64,000 bases of DNA, from contig NC_087472.1 in NCBI RefSeq assembly GCF_036321535.1, positions 96,846,001 to 96,910,000 of the forward strand, written 5' to 3'. Positions 34,843 to 48,099 of this stretch are shown one piece after another. Each line of letters opens with the position of its first letter. Positions within the stretch are counted from its first letter, which is position 1. The notes under the pieces were generated by a model. It ran no database searches and was not told the origin of the DNA. It was given only the letters and a program-made list of their open reading frames with translations. The stretch is from Camelus dromedarius (Eukaryota). The position numbers and the translations under genes are program-made.

Positions 34843-37800
34843 CTGTTAAAGAAAAAAAATTACTCATTTAAAAAGCCTAAGTACATCATCATTAGTATGA
34901 CATTAGTTGCCCATCTGTTGACTAAAGAAGATAATTGTGTATCAAATTATATATGTTTAGGAAAACCTGGATTTGTCCTACCTGCTAATCTCAGCTATCC
35001 CAAGAGGCAAATCATTTGTTAGTCAATTAACATCTGTACTCAAGCACCCCCAAATTTACTTACAGCTCTTCTCTTGGCCACCAGGCTTTCATGGCATCTT
35101 CAGGTTTGATCTAATTAAGTCAAACACATTAAGAGAGCATGGCTACAGATGTTAATGTATTTTTAAAGTCATCTGCTGCTGAAGTGATGGTATGCTACAA
35201 TCTGAAAAGGGGGTAGTGTGTTCAGCTGGATATTTTTGGAGGTCTAGAATGTAACCTTTTAATCTCAAACTGCAAAGTAAAAGAAATACTCTAAAAATAG
35301 CCTGAATAACTATTTACTGAATGGACAAATACTCTAAAATAAGTGCTCCCTCCTGGAGCATTACAGCCTTAGAAACCTCCTGGACTTAAAAAAAAAATTC
35401 TCACATTAACAGTTACTTGCGAGTTAGAGGTAAAGTATCTCTATCCCTATATAAAAATATAATCCGAGGGGTTTGTGCCCCCCCCAAAGTTAATCCAGTA
35501 GATAGTCAACATGTTTTCTGAAATGTCAACTCATCATCCTATGATACCCTTCTGAGTTAATCTGTCCTTGGGAGCTCTTGCTCAGCACGTGCCTGTGATC
35601 AAAGGTGGTGGTGTTCATTTGTCACTGCTGGTTTTGCTAAAAAAGCTCCAGGGCAAAGTGCTCCTTATGCTGAAGACCTATCCAGAAATGCTTTTTAAGC
35701 CTTCTCAGGTGATGCCTGCAGCTTCTATTCATATTTCTATTTGTAACCCTCACAATTCATAATTGTAAACTAACCTAGTGACTAAGTTATAAACTACCTA
35801 GTGCTCAAAGTACCTTTAATGCCTAACTTCAAACCCCCTCTGAGAGCCATCAGATCTATGTAGAGGTAGAGGTGAATAATTGGTATTGTAACATCAACTT
35901 TGATCCTCAGAGGCAAAGCTGTTTTGCAAACCCATCAAATCAGTGAAATATTACTTTACCTAATCTGTGTAAGCTTACAGAGTACATTTCTACTTCTCAT
36001 TGTCTATTACTAACCATGCTTTTTTCGGTTTGTTAAGGAAGAAAGTCCTTATTTTATAATATAATTTTATAATATAATAATATAATTATAATATAATTTT
36101 ATAATATAATCCTTATTTTATAATATAAGTCTGTATTTTTCTTTTACCCTAAGATAATGATTTCTCCCTCCAATGCTCTAGTATTTTTCAATTTCCTAAC
36201 TACAGTTTGTGTAAAATTCTTGATTTTTACATGAATGTTATTTTAAAAAGGTAGAGACAAGTTTCCAAATTGTCTTTTGGCCAGAGACTACTTCGGAGAT
36301 TGTCTGTAAATTATACAGCCTCCCTAAATTAGTGTACCTGTTTCAGTCTTTTCTTCCTTCAAATGACAAGGAGAGAAGCATTAGCTTCAGGGTTAACTAA
36401 GGCAGATTTTCTCAAAAGCTTTTTACTATACATAGAGAAGTTTTGCTTGTGACTATTTTCTTTGCCCTGAATTTATTCTACTAAGTTTCCACTGTTCCTC
36501 CTGCTTTCTAAATCATATGTTTCTGTGGATACTTGGCTTTAAAGTTCACAGTACTAAGTCCCATGTTCTGCTTCTCCAGTTTCAGCTGCTCTCCCTCCAG
36601 TCCAAAGAAGCATGTGCTCCTAGGAGCTCTGCCTAGCAGCATTGACTTCCCTGTACAAAATCAAGACAGTTCTATTACAAGGAAAGATTATCCTGGGGTT
36701 GGCATTTTTTTTGGCTCTGGCCATCCGCTTAACAGAAAAATCAGTTTGACTTACTGTTTCACTACCAGGTTTCCAACCAGCAGGGCAGACTGAAAGAACA
36801 AAAATTGGCAAAAGACAGTTAGAATTCAGTTCTCTTCAGCAACTCGGAGCTTTTCTTTTTCCAAATAAAGCTGAAAATAGAGCCTATATTAATGAGAACA
36901 TTTCTAGGCCACTGAACACTTGACTTCTGTCAGCTTACCTGCTCACACCAAGGAATTTTAGTCATAGAGCTTATTAGCAGGCAGCTAATCTACTTTCATT
37001 TTTGTCAGTTATGTTTCGTTACATTTATAATATAAGAAACCAAATTGAGTCTTCCTCTCATAAAGTTGGAAAGTTTGGGAATCTGATCAACTGAAAGGTC
37101 TGAGCACAGCAAAAATTCCTCGAATGTATATTCCCTTAAACTTATCTGCTGTGTCCTGCAGTATTTTGTACTGATGCCATGGTTCACTGTCCAAAGAGAC
37201 TTTAAAATTATTCAGAAGGTAAGATTTTCCCTTGATTTGGAATGCGCCCTGAGCCAGGCACCAAGTTACATTTTTAAAAGGGATATATAACATATGTTCT
37301 ACTTTAAGAAGAATCTGACCTTTTCCGTTTGGCTACTGCAAAAATTTGGGGTGAAAGGATGAACTGATGGATTACTAGTATGATGCTGAATAACCTTAAG
37401 GATTACTGAATCACTTTGAGGAAAAAAAGCGAAATCAAATAATATAAACATGCAAATAAAATGTACACTACTAAACATTGCCAGATTGGCTGGTACATTT
37501 TAACTTTATAGAAACATAATTTGAAAAATTACAGTAGCAGAAACTTTGAGCTCTTCTAAAAGGACTATGAAAATAATACTTTCCCCCCCCTCTTCAGTAA
37601 GTAGACTATATTAGTGATATTTTGTTAAAAGCACTTTAAATTATAATTTGATCTGCTTAAAAGATCTAATAATCTGAAAACAATCAATCAGAAGACTTTG
37701 GAATCATCCAAATTACTTTTAAGGTAAGAAACCAAACTAATTATGCTACTATCCCTCAAACTGAAAAATCAAAAGGCCATGATGGTTAGAAGGAAAGGGC

Positions 37801-40800
37801 ACCTTCTCCGTGTTTGTCGGTGTACTGGAATGCTTGAACCAAACGCAGTGTCTCATCCACGGATCTACCCACAGGAAGGTCATTCAGAGTAATCTGTCTT
37901 AGGATTCCTTTGTCATCAATAATGAAGAGACCTCTGTAAAACATAAGAACGGTAGAGGTGTGGGCACGTGTTCTCAGTGAAGACAAATACTAGTTAATGT
38001 GAATCCCTGTTCCACCCACAGAAGGATGTTACCCAGAGCCCAGAACACACTGCCTACCTACTTAGCTGTATGCACGTGTCCACACCCCCATACCCATGCT
38101 TACCTACTGTATATTTTGGGATTATCACTGTGAAATGGTAGCTTTAAAATTTGTTTTTTTGTCAATGAAATGTACTGTATTGTTTACAGTGGAATCTTCA
38201 TGTGTACTAGGTTTGGGATTGTACTGTAAATGAAATGATAAAGCTACACAGCAAAGCCTTCCTGTGGGTGAACGAGTGAGTGATCTTTCTTATCACTGGC
38301 TATTTAGAATGTCTTTGTATTTCCCTTTTCAGTGGTGGAAAAAGACAAGGTCACCAATATGGAAATTGCTTTTCCTTCTCAATCTCTCTATCGGTGATTC
38401 ACTACTACAGCCTGGGAAATAATGCAATAGTTTGACCTAAAAGACCTGCTATTGAGATAGGGGTAGCATTGCAAGAGTTAAAGTATACTAGTGATAAACA
38501 TTTTCAGAGGACTTTACTATCTGTTTATTTAAGTCAATATGGATTTCAACCCAATAGTTACTAAGTAGGGTGCTTACCAATTGTTTTTAACGGTATCTTT
38601 ACAACATTTTTGTAAATAGAGCACATATTTCTTGATCTAACCTTGTACCTTCTAACTCCATTTCAAGGAGGATTACAAACACATTTGTATTTATCATAGT
38701 GTAAAATCACTGAAAGGTACCTAAGGGTGTGGCCTGAGTCTTCCAGATAGACACCATAGTCCTTTGAGATCTGATGGTTCAAGTCGGAAAGAAGTGGAAT
38801 ACTTATTGGCCCAAGTCCTCCTTGTCTTCGAGGGGTATTAATCCTGTAACAAACAGAACATTTACCTCTCAGGGTTAAGTAAATGGCATATATTAAAAGT
38901 CAACACTCTTTCTTTGCATATGCAAACACACATCATCATATTCTTTCTCTAACAAAGACAGGCTAGTATACAGTCTATTTTCTTGCCCCCCCCAATATAT
39001 TTATATCCTTTAAACACTAAATATGGAGATATACGTCACATTTTTAAATGTATAGACATACTATATGTTGCTAATCTCTATTGACAGACATTGAAACCGT
39101 ATTTTTTTTTTACTTTTATCAATACTGCTGGAAAATCCTTATATTCTCAACTTTGTACACTTGTCTGATTAATTCCTAGAAGTGGAATTAAGGATCAAAG
39201 GATGTGCAGCATCATAAGCATAACCTTAAAATTGTGATTGCAAGACAAAGCCTTGTGAGACAGGCAGAATACAACTGGATGGCATTTTCATGTGCAGAGA
39301 GACAAAGAAGTGTGAAGTCCACTTGAAGCAGCAAGGAAGTTACTTGTAATCTCACAGCATCAATCTTCAGATTTAAGTATTCTGTAACTTGAAACCAAGG
39401 GATGTGGACTGGGGCCTCAAGGGCAGGACACTGACACAGCAGCTAGAAAACGGGGAAATAATGCTCCAGATGTCTGCAGCCCTAGTTCTGACATCCATAT
39501 ACATGACATCTCATATACAGCTGAGAATGTATTCCCAAAGCTCCCTTGGGAAAGCAATCTCAAATTTTCTGGAATGACATAACTTTTTCCTTAGTGGATT
39601 TGTGTTTTCATTATTTAATTTAAATAATTTAATTTTTATTTTTATTATTTAAGTTCTTGGGAAGGTTTGTCTGAAAATTGAGTTTAAATCAAATATATTA
39701 AATATATAACGGCGTCTTAAAATGCTTCAGAGAATCAATTACTTAAGGGAATGTAAATTAAATTTAAATTGTAGCTCCTAAACTAATTAAAATTTTACAT
39801 ATATATACACACATATATGTATATATAATTTACACTTATTGCTATTTACATTTAGTTATATATATACACACACATATATATACATGTATATGTATATATA
39901 TTTATGTACATAATGTGTAAATGAAGAAAAACCTGTTTTGAATTTGTTACTTTAATGAATTGAATGTTAAGTTTTAAAACCAAAATAATTCTGAACAATC
40001 TTTATTGTGCATAAAATTTTGTGAACAAAATTGAGGACGCTGTTTAAAAACTCACGTTTGACACAACATTGTAAAATGACTATCACTCTAAAAAAATGTT
40101 AAAAAAAAAAAGAAAAACTCATGTCAACATGCACATTTCAAATTTTGAAACATGTTGCCTAACTGCTCTCCAGAAATGCTGAATCAAATGTGTATGTGAC
40201 AGTATTATTTCTTTACACCTTTGTCAACACTGGATGAAATTCTTAAATATTTGACCTCTTGGCCAATCAGGGAAAAAAATGGCATCTTTTGTCAGTTTAA
40301 TTTTCAGTTCTTTGCAATTAATTAGGTGGAACATCTTTTCATGTTTAATGAACTAAAAAATTATTTAAAGAATTATTTTAAAAGATCATTGCTTCTTAAA
40401 AAGTAATAAAAGCTGTTTTGAATTTGACTTAAACTAGACAACTGTGTAACAGAGAGAAATGATATTTTAAACATTTTCCTCCAGATTAAAGTTACCCAAT
40501 TAGTCATAATAATCATACAATTCATTAGTTTTTGCTATGGATATTACATCTTTTGAATTTGACTTTTTTTTCAAAATATGAAATGTCCTATTAAATTGTT
40601 CAGCATTTTTACCATACTTTCATTGAACTAGTAGCTCTCAGATAAATTTATTCCTGAACTGTCTGATAAATAACTATATTCCTGTCATGTTAAAAGTTGT
40701 CTGCCCATAATTTAAGAGTATATCCATTCTTTTCCCTACAAATGTTAAGCGTAAGATACTGACCAGGCCAAATGGGTAAACTGTGAATCCACAGAGCATG

Positions 40801-43800
40801 CTACAACTTCAGTGTTTATCGATCTGAATTCCTCAATTCTATCACCAAAGGCGATAATTTCAGTTGGACACACAAAAGTGCTGAAAGTTAAAAAAAATCG
40901 TTATCTTCAAAATACACAGATACCTAAAGTTTTGAATGATTTTGTTTTTATAAACACCTTTAGTATATAAAAATGAACATTAAGAACAATTTATGAACCT
41001 TCTCAAGATGTAGTCTAAAACATTGTCATTTGATCAAATATCATTTAATTAAAAAAGTATATTATAGAGTTCCCAATTACATCTTGATAAACTATATAAA
41101 TTAATGGATCAGAGATGAAGCAATGGTCCCTTCTTATGGCAGCACCCCCATTTTGTCAGCTTTTATTCAATAATACTTTACATAGTGCTTTACAGCTTTC
41201 TAAACATCTATACAAATTTTACCTCATTTCACTTTTTCTTAAACCTTCCTATACGAACCCCATGAGCTAGATGCATCTGTATCAATTTTGGAGATGAGGA
41301 AATCCTCTACCATTGCCCTCCCTTTCTTGAGAAGGTCCTCTTCTACCTTGTCTTCCAGTCCTTTTGTCAGAAGGGCATGTTTAGAGACTACTACCTTAGG
41401 GGAGTATTTTTCAAACCATGTTAGGGGCTCCTTAAGACAACTTACTGAGTTCCAACCAACATTTTTAAAAAGTAAAATAGAAAATATGAGAATATGTCAC
41501 ACATAGTAAGTTATGAAACATATGTATACATAAGTGCATATATATGTGTGTGTGTTCAGGAGTGATATTAAAAATGCTTAACCATCTTAACTCAGGGTTG
41601 GTTTTAGCTCTGAGGGTTTCTGAAAGGGACCAGGTGGGAAGGGCAAATTGGGGAGGGGGTTGGTATGGAAGTTTTTCAGTATTTTAAGGAGCACCAGCTG
41701 TACTGGTACAAACTGAATGTTACCCTGCATGTATGTGTTAAGTGAAAAATGTATTTCATACTGTGTGTCATGGTCAAGGAGGTCTGAAAAACAGACTCGG
41801 GACAAGTTCCCACGACAGCCCCAAGACAGGCTTTTCAGATGTCTCAGTTGTTCAAGTGGAAGATTGCCATATGCAAGCAAACAGTTCTAATCAAGATTAT
41901 GTCCCTGGAAACCTGGGCTATGACATGTATTTTTAGTATTTTCCAAAAGGTAGGAATGATTGGCCCCTGCCTTCCTTCCTATTGTCCCATGAAATGCTAC
42001 CTAGAGAGATATTTGCCCAACTTAAAAGTTTTGGCAGAAAACTGAAGGGTTACATTTGTGACTTTCCTTCCTTGCAGACTGTGGCAAATGCCCCAGGATT
42101 CTTCCTTCTCTAACCAGGCCCAGTCTGGCAGGCATTACACACAAACAGAAAGAAGCTCTCTTAGCTCCTTGCCCGAGAAGACCATTGCTAACATCATGCT
42201 CTAATTAGATACATCTTACTCATTACAGAGTTTTAAATAACACTGGAGAAACAGCATACTTGCTATGTTACACTAATTTCACAATTCAGGTTTAGCATCA
42301 TGCATATTTAACATGTGTTACTTTTTGGTTTTACAGCAACATGAAATTAGAAGGCCTATCATTTTATATAAAAACTTCTACTTCTGGTCTCTATTAAAAA
42401 TTAAGTTATATCATACATTTTAGCTAGTCAAGCCAGAGTACAAGTTGATTAGAAAGAAGCAAGTTCTTACTAATTTAATAAAGATTACGTATTATGTAGA
42501 TTCATGATTTGTTTTAGCCCCAATGTACAAATTTTTACGAGAATTCTATTTGGATTAGAGTAGGGGTCAGCAAACTTCACTCCACAGGCCAAATCCAGCC
42601 GATCTTAATTTTTTTAAATAAAGTTTCAGTGGAGCACAACACTATTCATTTGTTATTGTCTATGGCTGTTTTGTGCTACAATTGCAATGTTGAGTAGTTG
42701 CAATAAAGATCATTTCAAGACTAAAACATTTACTATCTGGCCCTGTACAGAAAAAGTCTGCTTACCCCTGGCCTAGAGACAGCCTAAAGATAGGAGCTTA
42801 AGTATATCCTCCCTGGAAGTTTAAATTATATTTACAGAGTTCTAGATTAGTCCTAACGGAAAAAGGACCTTAATAATACAGTGGCAAAGATAGAAGAATC
42901 TTCTTACTTTTTGTAACCAAAAAATATATTTAAAAAAAGATAGAAGTTGGGATAAGTCTCTTTGGTATCTTTTCACTTTCATGGAATTTGAAAAACACTC
43001 AAAATTAAATCCTCAATGTGACTAAAGCTGCAAGAGTATTTACTGTGAGTCAACTTTCTATCTACAAGTGTTCACTGTCACACAGTTAAAGAGAACTCCC
43101 CATAACCATAATTCATATTAATAGGTATTATTCCTTAAGCATTTGCAATATTTTCAGGAAAATGTTCAAATCACAGGAAAGCAACAGATGCAGCAAAGAA
43201 TACAAATAATAAAACCATAGATAAATGGCATCACTAGAGAAAAAGACTTATACATTTTTCAGTTAACAGATTTGTCACATAAGTTTTGTTATTAAATGCT
43301 TTCTAAAATATTCTCAATCCATTTTCTTGCATTAATGAATATAATTGTGGTTTTTCTCTAATGATTAATTATGTTAACTCAATCATGTGGATATAAGTAT
43401 AAAGTATTGGGGTCAATGGCTTATGATTCTGAAATACCCAGTAGATATTACTTTCTTAAAAAAAATTCATCTCAGCTTGTCCTTTAAGAACAAGTGCTAA
43501 ATAATGTCTAACTGTTGGATATTCTTGAATAATGACTGATATTGACTGAGGTTTTGCTAGCTGCTATATACACGTATTACTTACAAATCAAGTGGATAGA
43601 AGAAAAAAACCAGGTATTTTCCACGGTAATCAGTTAACTTCAGCTCCTTGAATTCTCCATTTATCACAGCTGTTCCTTCCCAATAAGGTGCTGGCTTGGA
43701 AACTAAGAAAAAAATATGATGTTCTATGACAACGAGAAGTTTGGTGGGATGACAGAAGAACATCTTTAGGAAATCACTAAAAATTAAGGCTTCTAAATCT

Positions 43801-46800
43801 TTGGACCTCTTTAGCATCGTGGTGATGCTGATGGACTTCTCAGGCTAGTGTTATTGAACACATAAAATAAAATACTTAGAATTACAAAGGAGACCAATTA
43901 TGTTGAAATGCAATTATCAAAATATCAAAAACCAAATTGGTGATATAGTAATATTTGTGCCCTATTATTAACACTTTAAAACTGCAAGATCTAGCAGTGA
44001 TCTCATAACTAACCACTCAAGATCATGATGAGTATAAATGATGCTTCAGTATACTTGGAACAACCATAATGTGGCATGAAAATATCTGTGATTATACTGG
44101 AGACAGGTACAAGCAAGTACTGTTGAAGCTAATGTGGTTTGTTGCTGATGTTCATAATGGAAAGAAATGTTAAATTTTAGTTGGAGGTTAGTGAAATTGA
44201 AGACTTTGTCTCCCATTCACGCTCACAGACCCCCTACAATCCTTCCCTGCACTAAACCTTACTGGATACTTCACTGTAACCACTCCAAGTTAATCGCCTT
44301 CCTACATTTCAAGTAATTAGATTTTCCATTCTCTAACAGCAGTCTTCCAGATACACTAAATTAAACATTTTCCAGTTTCTCACATATACACGGAGGACCT
44401 GCTGCTACCTTCAAGGAGTAGGAAATTTGCAAATACGTCAGGCTAGAAGTGTAAAAATCCCAGACCGTGGGATTATTTTTCAGGGCTTTGAAAGAGGAGA
44501 CCCCCTTGAACAGGTTTCAAGTGACCTAATGGAAATTTAATAGCTCACACTGCTCTCTTGTAAGGGTATGCTGTAATTCTAGCCAACACACCTTGATAAT
44601 AATGTACCTGGATCTTCTGTTAACACATTCAGATAGACTTAAATTTTCAGAACCATTACATACATTAAAGCCAATACTTGCTTCAAAGTCTGACTAAGGT
44701 TCCTAGAAAGTAAGGCTTATAATAGCCAGCATTTATTATATTTTGTATAATAGCCAGCATGTTTGGTCACTCCGAAAATAAAGACAAACTTAAGATGAAT
44801 TTCTCTGTGAAGTTAATATATAACATGTGATTACTCATCATGAACCAGCAGCCTAGCTCACAGAAATGCCCTGCTCTGATTAGATAAAGGCCAGGATGGA
44901 GAATTCGATAGCAGAAGGATACAGAACTATATATGCTTTACATACGTTACTTAAAATGCTACTGAAGTGTGAGGTGATAATTGTAATGACGTGCTACAAT
45001 GATAGCCCTTAATGATTGTAGCATATTGGGAAAACCAATAAAACTGAAAAATTTTGTTCTGAAAATCTTGATTTCGGAAATTTGGGGTTTCTGATTTAAG
45101 AACTGCAGTGTTTAAAAAAAAGTGTCATCAATTTCTAGAGCAAAAAGAATGCCGTTTGCTAAGATCTACAAATGGAATTTCCAAAGCAATCCCTTGAATC
45201 TATTAAAAAACAAACAAAAATTGTCCCAAATATAAATCATATAATTAACAAAGATATTGGCAAATGCAGAGCAGTATAAAGAATATTTAAATCCCCTGTC
45301 CCCATAATCCCCTCCAATTTAATTACTGTTAACATTTTGATGTTATTTCCTTCCAGTCTTTTTTAAACACACAAATTTGGATCATGTAGCACCCCACTTA
45401 AAAAAAATGAAACAGTAGATCATGAACAGCTTTTCATGTTACTAAAAATTATTTGAAAGTATTAATAGCTCCATAATATTACATTTTATGAATAAAACTC
45501 CTGGTATCTTTAATTCTAGATGAGCCTACCTATGACAGAAATGTAGCAAATACCTAAAATTTGAAAAGGTTTGCTGGTAGAGGGAAATCTCTTGTTACTA
45601 TTTTTGGCTTCCATGAGCAGACTTGGATGGGATTTGTTATGGGAAACATATATAATGCCAGTAAACACTTAACTGGCTGACATATTTCAAAATATCTTCC
45701 CAGGCAAGTAAAACCAACGGGACTTGGAAATATTGATTTTAAAAGTACAAGACTAGCTTTTTTAAAAACAAAAATCAAAAAATAACTTTCAGTAGGAAAG
45801 AACTGCAAATGTTTAAGGAGGCAAAACAGTTTTTTTTCATTTATCACTCCCACTCCATCCTAAGTCATAAGAACATCCCATGTAACACTGGGGATTCAGA
45901 ATTGTGCAGCATTACTTTTTCCACTGTACATGGACACGGAACATGCTGTAACTGGACCACAAAAGCCAATAAACATCTTCAGAATGCCAAATGGTCAGTA
46001 GGAAAAGCAGGTTACTTAAATGCGAACAAGGGACAGTTTTTATCTTTTAGCCCCTAGCCACTTCTTTTTGGCTAGTCTTAACATCCAGATGCAGCAGGCC
46101 ACGACTTTCTCAGTATCTACTTAGTCTGACGTGTCCTTCCTGAAAGTGGTCATTAGCTGTGTACATTGGACAGAAATGCAAATAACCAAAAGGCAAATTG
46201 GCAGGACACAAATTTGGCACTAGGTTTATCATCAGCCCAAGTGCATTACTTCTAACCTCCTTTCCTCGGTTTCTCTACAAAGAACCTCCACAGTCCACAC
46301 TGTAACAAGTTCTTCATTTCTGAGAAACACAAAGAATACCCATTAACTATATAGGTTTTGGGGAAGGTGGCTTTGAATACTCTCTGTAAGATGCAACAAC
46401 AACAAAAACAAAAAAAAGAAAAATGAAATGTTTATCCTCCTGAGCATTTTGTTTAGTCATTTTTCTGTTTAGTCAAACTTTCTGTGAATCATTATTCAAC
46501 TTATCAATGCATTCTTCCCCGAAATAGTACTCGAAAACAGACGCGATGTGTTGCAGACACTTTGTCTGAGGAAGTGTTTCAGTTTGCACAACATCCTCGA
46601 TGCCTGCAAGCCCGGGACCAGGGCCACGCTCGTCCCCTCATCTGCGGCTTTTGGGGTAACCACTACTTCTTCCAAAATCTGATTAGTGGAACCCATCCCT
46701 TTCTTCACACCTGGAACCCCCCTCCACCTCACAGGAGAGAGTCAGGCTCCCCCCTGGGATTGAAGGCAGCCCAGGGGGTACCGCCAAAGCCAGGCCCCGG

Positions 46801-47136
46801 GGTAGCCACAGCAACTGAAGTACACGTGTCTCCTGGCCCTCTCCACCTCCCGCCTCCCTCTGCCACCGCTCACCCCGCCTTGGCCGGGCACCACCTACTC
46901 TTGGCTTTGCTGAGGTGCAGGGAGTGGTCGGCGACCGAAACCCGGGACGCCTCCCCCGGGTACACTTGTCCACCCGCATAGAAGTGGCACTCCTCTTCGC
47001 GAGTTCGGAGCCTCTCCTCTGCCTCCGAGCCCCTCAGAGCTTCAGCCGGCAGCAGGAAGAGCAGTAGCAGCAGTAGCCTTCGGCTGGGGCCGGGGGCCGG
47101 AGTCGTCGCGGGTAGCGGCGGCGGCGGCGCCTCCAT
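34792..47136 (-). CDS. PRDX4: Peroxiredoxin-4, ER/secretory form; complement(join(34792..34842,36755..36789,37803..37933,38721..38843,40764..40880,43585..43702,46899..47136))
   Basis: The exons join to 813 nt = 270 aa + TGA. Signal peptide ([15 protein letters not shown]), [10 protein letters not shown], peroxidatic [14 protein letters not shown] and resolving GEVCPAGW motifs, C-terminus KYFDKLN. All introns are GT-AG. Confidence 0.97.
36046..36128. repeat. AT-rich short tandem repeat ([T]TATAATATAA units) in PRDX4 intron 6
   Basis: About 6 units bracketed by two copies of TCCTTATTTTATAATATAA. Confidence 0.85.
36755..36789 (-). CDS. PRDX4: PRDX4 exon 6 ([12 protein letters not shown])
   Basis: tttcag acceptor; ACA|GTAAGT donor; contains the resolving Cys. 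Confidence 0.96.
37803..37933 (-). CDS. PRDX4: PRDX4 exon 5 (GLFIIDD...DKHGE)
   Basis: tttacag acceptor; AAG|GTGCCC donor. Confidence 0.96.
38721..38843 (-). CDS. PRDX4: PRDX4 exon 4 ([11 protein letters not shown]...GHTLR)
   Basis: ttacag acceptor; TAG|GTACCT donor. Confidence 0.96.
40058..40112 (+). mobile_element. Very short 5'-truncated L1 (extreme 3' end + A-tail)
   Basis: ttgacacaacattgtaaaatgactat...aaaaaatgttaaaaaaaaaaa matches the reverse complement of 55456..55510; TSD aaaaactca(c/t)gt. Confidence 0.75.
40764..40880 (-). CDS. PRDX4: PRDX4 exon 3 (TFVCPTEI...THLAW)
   Basis: tttcag acceptor; CTG|GTCAGT donor; contains the peroxidatic Cys. Confidence 0.96.
42561..42770. mobile_element. 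MER58A-like hAT DNA transposon
   Basis: TIR-like ends taggggtcagcaaact ... agtctgcttacccctg; internal aataaagttt...ttgagtagttgcaa...atttactatctggccct. Confidence 0.75.
43585..43702 (-). CDS. PRDX4: PRDX4 exon 2 (SKPAPYWEG...FYPLDF)
   Basis: ttcttag acceptor; TTT|GTAAGT donor. Confidence 0.96.
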
Positions 47137-47460
47137 GACCACGCGGGTGCAGTCGCACGTCCCCTGGTTCCACAGCCGCTTCTCCCGCCGCCAGACAGCT
47201 ACAACTGCGCGCTCAAAGCGCGGCCTCGCGAGACCTGCTTCGCCTTCTCCTCTCCCCCCACCCCCACCCCCGCTCCCCGCGTTCCCGGCTTCCCGGGCTC
47301 CCCCTCCCCCCGCCCCGCCACGTGGGCGGCAGCCCCGCCCGCTCGCCCCCCTGCTGGCGTTTGCGCCTGCGCCCTGGGGCGGGCCAGCGTCGGGAACTTA
47401 GCCTAACTCTGCAGGGCGGCGTTGCCCGTGACTGGTCTCACGCGCCTCGTCTCTGGCACT
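46760..47460 (-). promoter_or_regulatory. PRDX4 CpG-island promoter
   Basis: Dense CpG around exon 1; GC boxes; CCTCGCGAGA at 47224..47233; GCCACGTGG at 47317..47325. Confidence 0.8.
46899..47136 (-). CDS. PRDX4: PRDX4 exon 1 (systemic, signal peptide)
   Basis: GTCATGG start; MEAPPPPLP...HLSKAK; AGA|GTAGGT donor, phase 1. Confidence 0.95.
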
Positions 47461-48099
47461 GTTTTAGACATTCTTTTACGCTCTTCTCTTCCACAAAGCC
47501 TCACCACCGTACATCATCCCCCGCAAAGTGAAACTAACCTATAAGCCTTTGAATGGCTTGCATTTTATACTTCTAATAGGGACTTTTTTCCTTGAAGTGA
47601 TCCGTGTTAATAGTGCCATGACTCTCCCCAACCCCCGCCCCTAGTTGCAGCCCTTTTAAGTCCTGGGAAAACTTGAAGAAAAGCCTAACCATTTACTTAG
47701 GCAACGCAAACAGGGGGTTTGGTGACTTAAGCCTGTCTCAAAGGTGTCTTTTTTTTTTGACTTAAAAGGTTCCCAGAAAACCAAACTTTCTCCCAGCACA
47801 GTGTAGTTCCATCTTCTGGCAATTACCCCATCACATTACAGGAGGCTTCAGCAGCCTCTCTGCCCCAAGGGTCCCTTCTGTTTTCCTGTGAGCTACAGTC
47901 ATCTTTATGAATCCCACAGAAGCCATTCAACAATGTCTTTCCTCTGTTAGACTGTCAGCTCCCTGGGGTCAAAATCGATGTCGAATTCTTGTTTCCCAAG
48001 GCACCTGGCGCATGGTGAGCATTAATTCAAGTTGCTCTCACGTATTATATGCTTACTCCTTGTGACAACCCTTGGAAGTAGATAGGAAACCTGCCCTTC

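Noticed and set aside
44718..44760. Direct repeat TATAATAGCCAGCAT x2 (similar small duplication near 29700)
   Set aside because: Only two copies, so a simple micro-duplication and not a CRISPR-like array
47137..47142. Upstream GTG start extending PRDX4 by 2 aa (ORF track)
   Set aside because: The ATG at 47136 has good context and matches the PRDX4 MEA.. start
46484..47531. Plus-strand Pro/Arg-rich ORFs over PRDX4 exon 1
   Set aside because: GC-rich antisense shadows of the CpG island
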